Origin: Lama guanicoe
Lineage: Eukaryota
Assembly: GCA_013239625.1 (NCBI GenBank)
Contig: MU054187.1
Coordinates: forward strand, 13,238,974 to 13,302,973
Length of the DNA stretch: 64,000 bases
Direction: 5' to 3'
Both the position numbers and the translations under genes were made by a program. Position 1 is the first letter of the stretch; each line of letters opens with the position of its first letter. Shown here one piece after another: positions 52,181-64,000 of this stretch. The notes under the pieces are model-generated. The model made no database searches. It worked only from the letters and a program-made list of their open reading frames with translations, and was not told the origin of the DNA.

Positions 52181-55100
52181 AAGCTGTCTGTTCTCGGGTG
52201 ATCCTATCACCATTTTTTGATAAAATATTGAATCTCTGACTTTGACACTATCAGTAATCAAGTCAACGTTTTATGATTTTATGGTTCTAGGCAGAATGTG
52301 GGTTCTTTTCCACCTTGCACATCTCCAGTGATCCCTCTATATTCTAGAAAAGAAAGCAGAGAACAGGCCACTCACCATTTGGTTGAGCCCAACCCTGCTC
52401 TCAGTTTACCCTTATTCCGTTCCCCTTATTCAACTCTGAACTTCCATACCATTTCCCCTTTCTTTGCCTAAGACAGGCATCATCAATTGATCTTGGCTCT
52501 CTTTCATGATGAGCTAAGTTGCAGCCTCAGGATCTTTCTTAACTTAGTGCTTTAGGAGTCAAATCAATCAATTGGAGTTGGGGTGCAAGATGAAAGCTAT
52601 TTATTTTTTTAATCCCTGGTCTGTGAGTAGCCTTCAGTTAGATGTTTCCACGTTTTGTTTAAGAGGTCATTTCCCATTAACTCTGGGAAACATTTGCTAC
52701 CCACACTGTTTGTCTTTACCAACTGGAATAACATCACCATCATCACCGTCATCATCACCGTCATCACCATCATCGGTAGTAGCACTAGTATCATTAATTG
52801 GAAGCCTTTCTCGATCTTTCTAAATAACAAGGTCTCACAGCTTCACTTTTACTGTGAGTTTCTTTTCCTTTGTGTAGCTTAGGTCCGACATTCCATCCTT
52901 TGTTTACCACTTCTACCTCTGACTATGCTTTCATGACCAGGTTCTGATCAGAGCTTTGATTCTCTTACTTAGGAGATGCTGCTGCCTCACAGGATCCGTA
53001 ATAATAGCGATACCTCATATTTATAGAATGCTTTACAGTGCACAACACACACACACACATATTCATAAAAGTCTTTCTGATGAAAGGCAACCTTTTGTGA
53101 TATAATTAAAGGATTTTAGATTTTTGGTTTATGGGACTAAATTACTCTTTAGACGCTGATTATCTTTGTATGGCTTTCAGTCACCTTTAAAAAATAATCT
53201 TTCTACCCACAAATTTCAGAGCTTCTTTTTCCTCACGTATTTTCCTTCAACTACACAGTAATTTTGGCTTTATAGAGTTGGTCAAAGGAAGCAAGCCTTT
53301 AGAGAAACATATCTATAAAACGAACTTCCGATTTCAGAACTGAACTACAAATAATTTCTTCCTCCAAGATGATATTCAACAATTGGACTTAATGTAAACT
53401 TAAGTTCACACATATATTGTTTAGCAATTTACTTACTACAATTTACTTACAGAAACATATTGACATCACTTTTCAGAGACTTTTTGTTAAGAAGGGATCT
53501 TTTTGAGGATATTAATGTTCTAACCCGCTGTTTTTGTTGTTGTTGTTAAAGAAGGGGAATGGTTTGTTTGACATATTTTAGCTGGTCCTTAAAGAAAGTT
53601 ACACTTGAATTTACATTTCTTGTGGTCTTTTTTATTGGGGGCCTTCTTTAAAGATCTTTTCACCTTTTTAAAGCCTGTTGCACCAATGCCTTTCCATAGA
53701 CGTATTTCATCCAGGTGTTCTGGCTGAGCCTGTAAAGCTTTCTACCATGATGAGCAAGCTGGAAGCCTTACTAAACTTTTTAAAATAATGAGACCTCATC
53801 AGGCAAACTTATGATCAGGCTTCTTTTCTTCCCAGGCTAACCCATTGAATCTCACATCAGTTCATAGTTGGCCATGGCGTGTGAGACAGTGGTAGTAAAC
53901 AATGAAAAGGGTTTCCTAGGTGTCCCAGTCTCTTTATGAGAAAGAGGAAATGACCGAGTGATTTCATGTTAGTCTGTAAAGTCATTGGATGTATTGTAAT
54001 GCCATTATTAACCTTGAGCCCTGATTCCGGCTCCTTTATTTTTCCCTCCAGACTGTTTGCTTCCCTTATATGATAAAGCCAAAGCCTGCGGTACGTTGGA
54101 AAAATAGAAAAAGAAAAAGGTAAAATTAGAGTGTCTCTTATCCTCTTTTAATACTCCTTGTGTTTCCCAAGGAACTTCTGTTCTCGGTCATGGTTAATCT
54201 GGAGTTTGCAGCTTTAGCATTCTTACAGTATTCTGTTTCTTCTGTAATTCAGGGCCACTAACACCCCGGGGAGTGTCTTTAAAACAGGAAGTTGCTCAAG
54301 CAAATTATAGTCTTTAGGAGGACAGATCTATGACCAAAACACTGCAAAGGCCAGTTGCCTTTTGTTCAGGGAGGCATGATGACGGAGGGATACTTGAGCA
54401 AAACCAAACACACAAGGATGCTGCTTTCTGTCCTCTCTCTTTTACTCCTCAGTGAAGCCACTGATGAATCAAAAATAAGTCACTGAAGACGAATTGTTAA
54501 GAAGCACTTGCCATCTTCAATTGAGTTAGTTCCTGTTTTTCTGTAAAGCATTAAGTGGTTACATACGCCATCTGCATTTTCCTTCAACATCCCCACCTTG
54601 CCCACGGTTCAGTGGCGAGCTTCACGAAGTCTTCTCATTCAAGTTTTACTTCTTTTTCCACTTCGTCACCCAGCGCTCTAACGCACGTGTGTCCCTGCAG
54701 TTGGCTCCAGACCTTCATGGTTGTGGGGGAGGCAGCAGAGAGCCCGGGTGTGGAGTTAGACCACTTTGATGAACTCTAGCCAGTCCCTCTTATACTGCTT
54801 TGATTTCAGGACTTGAAGGTTCCTGTATCTTATTTCCTACAGCCCCTAACAGAAATGGGATGTAGGGGGCATGTGCTGAAGGACATATCAAAAGGCTTTG
54901 TACTAAAGTTGGGAAGGATGTTAATGGATTTCAGCTTCAGGGTTAAAATCTCTTCCAGAGTAGAATTGAAATTTTTCACTGCACAGAACTTTGAAAAAGC
55001 AAACGACAGAATGATTTTGTCATAAATGTCTATGTTGGCTGTCTGATATGGGAAAAAATGGAGGTCAAATAGTCTGCAGAGAAGATAAAAGACCTGTGCA

Positions 55101-57501
55101 GTGAATGCACTGTGGAGTGTGCACTCCTGTCTTAAGATGCCTTTAGGCCTTTGGGCCACTGTAGGCATGGAATCCAGTAGGCATTTAAGAATTGCTCATG
55201 AAATAAACAGGTGTCTGGCAAACTGAGTTAATGTTGAATCCCAGATAAATTTAGACAAATGGTCATAGAAAAGTAGAAAGTAGTAAGTGAAAAAAGCCTT
55301 CCGTTCAATTTTCTCCAAGAGAAGTGGGCTCATGGTGCTTAGTCAGAGATGAACCTGAGGTTACAGATGCTTGAGTCCCTTCCACTTGCAATTTTTAAGG
55401 TAAAAAAAGCTTCTTCTAAAAACAAAGTATAACACTATGAAAACACTGAATGTTTGATGTGGAAACCTTTTTTAACACCAGTAAAAAAAAAATTCTTTTA
55501 TTTCAAAAATAGGGAAATGGTTTTGGATTTCCTTGAACATTTTAGAATTTAAAAGAATTTCCCATGCATGAATAAAATCAGATCATCATCAAAAGGCTTT
55601 TAAGCAAAACGCCACACTTTTCTCCATAAAACAAAACAAATATTTTGCAGAGCAATATTCTCTTACACAAAAGATTTTTACAAATCATTAGAGTGTTCTG
55701 TGTGAGGAAAATAAAATTCAAAATTATTCAGTAAAATATTTTTCTTTCATTTTTTATTGCTACTGTGAATAAGAAAGCATTAAAGAGGATGTATGACTAT
55801 AGATGAAAGTTATCCTGCCAAACATTAAAAAAAAACGCTTTTAATGTTTTGGTCACGAACTCTGACAATGATAAATCACTTTTCAACAGCTGCAGACAGC
55901 TGTTAAAGTCTGGAGCCTAAAACGCTTAATTGGGGAAGTGTGTTAAAAGTTAAAGGGCCAGTGTCCTTCTAGGCTACATGAGGACTTTCTTCAGCACGCT
56001 CGATACAGTGCATTCTAAGGTTTGGGAAAGAATCCTCTGTAGATGCATTAAACATTAAGCGTTAGATGGATAAATGTAACGTCTCCCATTATATGAGCAA
56101 GAAACAAGTGGCAGAGTTTAATAAAAGCACACAAACTCCTTCATTTAATAAAGTTTTCATACAGTATTTGGTGATGTGACTGAGATGAGTGGTGCTTTTA
56201 TTTCAGATGTGTGAACTGGCAATTCCTAAGCCTCGCAATGTGGATCTTATCACAATAAATACATTTACCCAGGATTAATTTACTGAGCCATGAATTCCAG
56301 CCTGATTCAAATCAGTAGAACAAGAAAAAAAATTTTTAAAGCTTAATGGGCTTTTTGTGTTGCTTATATTTTATTCTGGCAATATTTGGGCAGTGAGATA
56401 CTCCAGTTAGTTTAGGGACTTCTTCACCTCAAAATTTTTCTTCATTAGGATGTTTCAAACCAGTTTGCAGTCATAATGTTTATCCATGGCACACAACTGC
56501 TGAGATAGTATCCTTTTGAAGCAGGCTTTGTTGTTGCACGTGATTTTCCAGTGTGTGTGTGTGTGTGTGTGTGTGCATAACACATTGCATATATTATATA
56601 AATTCACTACATATATATTCACTACACATACTATACAATAGTCACTGTATAATGATATATTCACTGCAGAACACTATATATGCATGTGTATATATATATA
56701 AACTCTGCAAGAACTGAACTGGTGGTTTTATTTTACTCTTTTCCACGGGTAGCAAGTGTGTAAAGTTAAACATCATATATCTGTTTGAGGAGGGACGTTT
56801 CCCGTTGAGTAACTGTCGGTAGGTCATTTCTCCTCCGTAAAACTCCTGACATTCAGGAAAGGGAGTAGTTCTGTTTCACACTCCGTAGCAAAGGTGAGCT
56901 CTGGGAATTGTTTGCTGAGTAATTTGCTGTTACGCAATACATCATTTTTATTGGTAATAAGGCAGATGTCACCAACAGCGGAGTTTGTCCAAGGCTGGCT
57001 CTGAAATTTCCTTTAAGGCATTATGCTCCCAATCAGGCAGAAAATCATCGTCAGCTATTGCAGATTGAAAGATCACGTTGCAGCGTCCAAAGACTGTTTA
57101 TGACTTTTCCAGCTATACACAGAGTGGGTGGTGGAGAGTGGCCTTGTGCAAGCATATTTGTTCCAGATATGATGTATCCAGTGTATAAAATTTGGGAAGA
57201 AATGCACCATAAAAATATGTCATGTGAAGTTCGTTTTGTGTGAAGCAGATGAGTTTATATCAAGGATGAACCGAAAAAGACCCATTCGCAAAGTCTGTTT
57301 TATAAAGGTGTCTATTTCTAGCAATTTTACCTAGGTCTTAAAAAAAAATCTAAGATGCATGGCTTTAGATGAAAGCTCTTTATGGCTCGTTTAATTAGAG
57401 AGACAGATTTACACGTGTCATTCATTGGAATCTGGTGGGCCCTTCTTAACACACTTAATGACCATTGTGTCACCATCTATACTTTTTCAAAGTTCTATGC
57501 T

Positions 57502-57800
57502 ACATAAATACAAAACAGAAGCAGACTCATAGACATAGAATACAAACTTGTGGTTGCCAAGGGGGCGGCAGGTGGGAAGGGACAGACTGGGATTTCAAAA
57601 TGTAGAATAGATAAACAAGATTATACTGTATAGCACAGGGAAATATATATAAGATCTTATGGTAGCTCACAGAGAAAAAAAAAAGTGACAATGACTATAT
57701 ATATGTTTATGTATAATTGAAAAATTGGGCTCTACACTGAAATTTGACACATTGTAAAATTATTATCAGTCAATAAAAAATGTTAAAAATAAAATAAATT
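57502..57800 (+). mobile_element. Young L1 3' end
   Basis: 'aaacagaagcagactcatagacatagaatacaaacttgtggttgccaaggggg'...AATAAA and A-rich tail; same family as 1867-2025. Confidence 0.9.
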
Positions 57801-58069
57801 TTAAAATTTCTTTAAAAAGAATTTTTAAAAGGTTCAAATTCAACAAATTACTTCAAACTTGGGACAACATGGTACTAACACTATACACTAAGCTTGTGAC
57901 TTTCAGTCTCCCAGGAATGTAGGCGGATCTTCTTCTCATACCAGGAGCTAAGAGCAGCAGAGCCAGAATACAAACGTCACCTTTGCATCACAAGAGTGGT
58001 GAGATGGCTCATGACCAACACTGTGCCAAGCCATACATTCTCTTGCTGCTTTGTTAGTACAATAAGGAC

Positions 58070-58492
58070 TCTGTATTTCTAAAGGTAACACTAACTGGTA
58101 GAGATACCACCCTAATATTTCCATGGCTTTAACAAAATTAAAGATTATTTCCTCTCACGTCACAGTCCAATGCGGATGTTCCCAGTCAAGTGATTCTATC
58201 CCAAGTGGTGATTGAGGAGCCCAGGCTTCTTCAGTCCTGTGGTTCCATCATTGTCAACATAAAATAGCCCTAGGGGATGATATTCATTAGGGAAGGGAGA
58301 GAATGGAAGTGTCTGGGGCACTCATCCCATTGGCCCACATGCCGTTGGTCAGAACACAGTCACACAGCCTGACCTAGATGCAAAGAATGCTGGAAAATGT
58401 AGTCCCCCATTGGGCAGCTACTTCCCAGCAACTCCACCTATGGAGGCGAGGCAAGCAGGGAACTTAAGTGGCCAGCTAGCCACCTCCACCAG
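58070..58492 (-). mobile_element. Old MaLR LTR (MLT1-like)
   Basis: 'ccatggctttaacaaaattaaagattatttcctctcacgtcacagtcc' and 'gctggaaaatgtagtc'. Confidence 0.6.
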
Positions 58493-60079
58493 AGAGCAGA
58501 GACGTGAAGATCTCATGTTCACATTCTCTTCCTCTCTCCCTCATTCTTTCCTCAACACTTGGTTACTTGTTTTAGGGATTAGAAAGTAGGGTAAAACCTA
58601 CAGTAAAAATAAACAAAAACAGTAAATAAGAAAAATCTTATTTTGTGGGATTTGCTAAAAGTCTCCAAGCAAGAGTAGTTCTTTGCTCTTGTTTTTGTGA
58701 TAGCCAACTTGCTAGTGACTTAAGACTTTAAGTATTTGAGCTTAATTAATATAAAGAAAATGTCTATACCAGTCTCCATCCTTCCCCCACCTCCATGCCC
58801 ATCAACCAGGCTGGGAGCTCATGGAGTTAGGCACACAATTCTTCTCAGTGTCCAAAATGTCTAGCACATAGTATGTGCCAAATACATCTTTGAAAGTTGG
58901 CCTATCCTCGTGCATGGATAAGGAAGCATTTGTGGGAGTGCATATATAAATTTAACCTTGTTTCCTGTTGGAGATCATTTTCAAGAGTAGATAATAAATA
59001 CATTCCTTAAAATGTTTGTAATCCGATTTTATAAAAAGAAAAGGGGATATGCAAAAATCTAAATTTGAAAATTAACCTTAAAAAGAGACAAATGCTAAAA
59101 CTGGGGCTTCCAAGAACAAGAGGAGACTTTTTTATGAAGTATGGAAAATGTATTTCAATCACACAGATGATTTATGCTTATCAAGTTAAAAAAATAATGT
59201 GTGGCAAATATATTGCAGAAGTATTTTTAAAGGCTAAACATTAAAACAGCAAGAACTATATAACACAGCACTTAGGATATTTGAAAAAAAATTAAAAAGT
59301 TTCCACAATAATAACAACAACAAACAATTCAAGAAACCAAATGCAAATGTGTATGCCCACAAGAAAAAGCTGGCATTGATTGCTCAAAGATAAATCCAGA
59401 GAGAGAACTAAGCTAAGACATATAAGAGTAAAGGTAAAGAAAATGAAAAGACATGCTTGTGTTAAAAAAAAAAAAAAAAAAAAACGCTAGTGTTTCCATT
59501 TAGTTACATAGACAAACACATCTTTTTATTTTTTTAAATAAAATATTTACTTTAAAAATACTGAGGCCAAGCCATGCTTTGTAAATGGGCAGGAAACCAC
59601 TTTGTGTAGGAAATCATTTGATAAAATCTAGGTTAAGAATAATTGGCCAACATCTCTGAAAAGACTTGGGACAGAGACAGGAAAGAACCAGCACTGCTCA
59701 TAATTAGAAGAAAAGGAAAAGCCTTTGCCTTTCATGACTGGGTAAGGAGGAAAAAGAACCCAAACAAAATCCATTCGCCCTCACAGACATGGAGGGTCTA
59801 GGTTCTCAAGAACAAATTCCACCAGGCTGTGCAAGGATCTGCCTCTAACGAAGGAGAAGCCAGCATAGGGCTGAGGGAAGGATTCCACATTCCTTTACTC
59901 TGCATATTCATCAGTGGACCCAGCAAAGCACCCGAGACCACTTAACTCTTAAGTATCTTCACACCCATGAAGCATTTCTTTCTGGGAAAATGGGTGGTGG
60001 AAAATCAGCATCTATCTTAGAAACCTCACATAAGTTAGCAGGCAGGGATTGGTCCTCTCAATGGGTACCATTTTCAAGT

Positions 60080-60712
60080 GACCTCTGCATGCTGCTTTCT
60101 CAGGGAAGCCCCAGGCAGATCTTAATGGATTTCCCAGCTGCCCTGATGCCTCTTCTTTGTAGCCTTTATCTTGATCATAATTTATATCATTTGGGGGAGT
60201 GATGATGCGTTTAATATTTGTCTTCCCCGCTAGACCGAACGCTCAGAGAAGGCAGGGCTTCTGAGTGTGGTCTGTTGCTGCATTTCTAATATCAAACACT
60301 GTCTCTGGCAAATAACAGGCTCCCAGTAAATGTTGCTTAGTGAAGGAGTAATCTGAGGATTGGAAGAATGTTCGTCCCTCCACTCTTCACTTGGTATATC
60401 CCTCCTCTTACTTCAGAACTTGACTTAAGCATGGCTTTCTCAGGAAAGCCTTCCTTGATCCCCCAGATGAAGCCAAATCTACCTGTTCTGTCACTGTTTT
60501 TGTCAAAGTTGCAATTTTATACTTACTAACGGGAGTAACTGATTAATGCCTCTTCCCGCAATAGTCTGAAAGATTTATGAAAGTAGATCATTTTATTCCT
60601 AGTACCTAGCATAGTGATCAGCATATAGTTGGCTGAATTTAATTAACCAGCATATAATTGGCTCCTATAGTTGAATGAAGGAACAAATAAATGAATATGT
60701 GAATGAGTGAAG
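60080..60712 (+). mobile_element. Two tandem L2 3' ends
   Basis: 'ctcagggaagcc', 'tctcaggaaagccttccttgatcccc', 'cctagtacctagcatagtg...gttgaatgaa'. Confidence 0.7.
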
Positions 60713-60949
60713 AGAATGGTATTTATAAAGTTTGCCGTTAAACATATCCTAAATCTGGAGATAGTCCATTTGCACATTATTCGAGAATAAAAATGTAAAG
60801 TGATCTTTTAAATTGATATGGTAATGAAAAACAAAATGTGTAGTAACATAATAAGGCTAAAATATAAAATGCACAATGTAATAATGAGAATAATATACAT
60901 TAGATACATCTTTGCTAGACAGGAGTGAAGTCAAAGTTCTGAGATTAAC

Positions 60950-61076
60950 AAGTGAAAAAGAATAAGGAAAGGAAAATATATATATATGTATATATGTACA
61001 ACTGAATCACTATGCTGAACACCTGAAAATAACACATTATAAATCAATTTATACCTTAATAAAAAAATTTTAAAAA
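60950..61076 (+). mobile_element. Short L1 3' end
   Basis: 'actgaatcactatgctgaacacctgaaaataacacattataaatcaa' and A tail. Confidence 0.75.
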
Positions 61077-62447
61077 CCCCAATACTGAGATTCCAAAATT
61101 ATGTGGGAGAAATTCTCAAGGACTAGGTTGAGTGAGCACCAGCGAGAAAGAAGCGTGTCCCTATCTGGCTACCCCACTGCATACAGTTAAAGAAAACTTG
61201 AAGCAGATTCAGGGGAATAGCCATCTGAAGAATGAATCAGGGAATGAAAATTAATCCTTAAGAACATGTTAAAAGGACTAGTGCACCTGAGCTCCAAGGA
61301 CAAGGAAAGAGGCAGCACCCTTCATGTAAAACCTTTTACACTGAGATGCTATTAGTGAGCTATTTCCAACTCTTCTGTTGCCAGAGCGATAAAAATGAAC
61401 AAAATTCAGCAAGTGGGATCTATAGTAGAAGTAAGGATAATTATTTGGAATTGAGCCTTTCAAACTTTGGACTAACTGATGAAGGGCACTGTGTTCCTCT
61501 CAAAAGTGTATAGGGGAAGGTCTCTTCTCAGTGGAATGGGATGATTTAGGGGCAGTCAGGGGAGGAGGTCCAGGACAAAGACCTTCGTGACCTGTGCAGT
61601 GCCCTCTATCTTCACACTGAATAACGAGAGTGAGCTGGATAAGGAAAAACTGTTTTTCCATGGAAATCTTTATGCCTTCACTGTAAATTTGCTCTGTGGT
61701 CAACCACATGATCTGCCTACTTTGTTAGTGAAACATCTTCAGGGGTTTACATGAAAGGAGACAATCATAGCAGATTTATCCAGAATGTGAGTCATAATAC
61801 AGGCTTACTGGATCATATGGAATCCAATGGTGATTATTTCAAATCTGGGGTCAGGAATTATAAATTGAGACTGAGGAAAAATTCATACTATTAAACCAGA
61901 AACAGACTGAAATTAGTGCTAAGTTTATGAAATACAAAGTTTTCAAAAGTTAAGTAACTGTTGATCAAGTGTCTCAAGTATTAAGAAAGCTACAGTTTTT
62001 TTTTGTCCTGAGAAATTTGAAGATATCACTGGTTCATGATAGAATATGGAACTGCCTTGTGACCAGCTAGTTCACGTTATTTTTTCATTCAGTGTCAAGA
62101 GAGTATGAACTGAGCACCCATCCTTGTGTGTGCGAAGTCAAGTGTGAAGTTCTGTGGAACTCAAGAAATTTAAAACAGGAAACCCTCCCTCATGAGGTCT
62201 GCAAACTAACCTTTGGATTCAGTGTATCAGAAACTGGATTTAGCAAACTAGAAAGTATCTATGTTTATTCTGCCCTAATATAATTAAACTCATTTATTTA
62301 TTGATTCTTTCAATCAACAAATATTTATTGAAAGAGAAATGAAGCTATATTTTTCTCAAGGAGTTCTGGGTTTAGTAGGAAAGAAAATCAGTTCACACCA
62401 ATATCCAGGATATCAGGCAATCCACTTTCAATGCCCAAGGCAGATAC

Positions 62448-62900
62448 TGTAGGTTGGCTCTCTCTCAACACCACCATTCCCAAACCACTTTTCTTTGTTT
62501 TCCTAATCTATCATAAAAACTAGAAAGCCAAATGCTTGATTTTGTAGACTCTCTTGCAGTGAGGGTGGCCTTGTGACACAGTCTTCTCCCAAAGGATGCA
62601 GGGCAAAGTCTGCCGAGGGAGACTCAGCAAAAGCTTTTGCTTTCCAGACGAAAACAGACACAATCTTTTGTTATCCTTCCTAAGCTTCCTATCTGAGATG
62701 AAAAACGATACGTAGAGAAACAGCAGCCATCTCGCGTCAAGAGGCAAGAAGAATAAGAATAAAAAGTCAACATGACAAGTCTCGTGTAATCTTGGTGTCT
62801 AAGGACACCAGTGATCAGTGGTATCAACTCTAGCAAGGGCCCACCTCCAGACCTGGAAAGAAACAAAGTCCCTCCGTTTGCCCTGAGATAAAATAAAACA
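62448..62900 (+). mobile_element. ERVL solo LTR (LTR33/LTR41/LTR16-like)
   Basis: 'agactctcttgcagtgagggtggccttgtgacacagt' is a motif typical of this LTR group. Confidence 0.65.
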
Positions 62901-64000
62901 TACCTAGGAAACATTTATTGTGTCTTCACTGTGCTCTAGAAACTATGTTAGGTGCCAGGGATATAAACATTAACTGTCTCAACCTTTCAGGAACTCACTG
63001 TTAGTTGGGAAAAGAGGCAAGCTGCCATAGTTTCTATGAGGCAAGCTTGTCACTGCACAATGGAGCCATGAAGGAGGGATTCCAGCCAAAGCTGCACAAA
63101 GTGCCATGAGCTGACAGTCATTAAAATGGGGTTTGCATTTTTACTTACTAGTTTTACCTAAGTAAAACATCCTTTATACTTTATTAACTAACAATCAATT
63201 TCTTCTCATATTACCTTTTACTATATAAATAAAATAAAAGTTTTGAATTAACTCTTCTAAGAACAGAGTATTTGTGCCGTAGATGTGCCATTAAAAATTG
63301 TCTTGGAAGCACAGAGCTGATTTTTTGGCATAATGCTGTGCATAGCACAGGTCAGTCTTGGAGTCAGCAGGAATTTATTTTTAGAAGCAGAAAAACAGCT
63401 CTTATATAAGGTGGTCTTATAAACCATCTGGCCCTCGAGCCCACAGCATGGCTCCTAAGGATATTACTGAAATAAAATTCTGGATTAAAAAAATATTTTT
63501 TAAATGATTTAGAAAAGAAAAATATAGTTGCATATTTTTAGGAAAGATAAAATTCATGTATTAAAATTAAAAAGTTGTTTTATTTTATACTCTACTGAAA
63601 AGATGAGGAAAACTTAGAAGAAAATTAATTCCTCCTGTAATTTTAGCCATTGAGCCCCCACAACCCCCAATTATTCCTAAGGTGGTTTCTATACACAGTA
63701 CATCCTCATTTTTAGATCCTGGGAAGGACAAGGCTCTTTGCTTCAAGTCTTTTGACTTCCACCCCCTCCCCCCATCCCTCCACCAACCCCCGGTGACTTT
63801 TCATTCAACACCTCTGGGAGCAAATGAGTTTCTTTTGTCTAAAATTGTCTAGACAGATACAAGGGGACAGGGAGATCACCAGACTGCTTTTTTTTTTTTT
63901 TGCTTGGTAATTGAGGCTGTATTAACTTACTCCATCCCAGTTCATACAAAAGACTTTGAAAACTGCTAATGTAAATCCACGTATTTAGATAAAACTATAG

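Overview
Mammalian genomic DNA, most likely camelid, judging from a tRNA-derived SINE of the camelid vic-1 type at ~38.8 kb and the young L1 3' ends. The window is AT-rich, repeat-dense and intronic or intergenic. I can support no intact host protein-coding gene. The only ORFs with recognisable products are decayed LINE-1 ORF1/ORF2 pieces. Content: a 5'-intact but 3'-truncated young L1 (5.9-9.1 kb), a twin-primed inverted L1 carrying two nested L1 tails (21.3-23.1 kb), older L1M, L2 and MIR fragments, MaLR/ERVL/ERV1 solo LTRs, two hAT MITEs and microsatellites. Unique stretches hold several well-formed + strand splice-site pairs (possible lncRNA), TF-motif clusters and CTCF-like motifs. I found no convincing novel biological system; the best leads are retrotransposition architectures, a repeated atypical L1-like 3' tail and a candidate spliced non-coding transcript. 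Repeat subfamily names come from recalled consensus resemblance, not a database search, and repeat boundaries are approximate.
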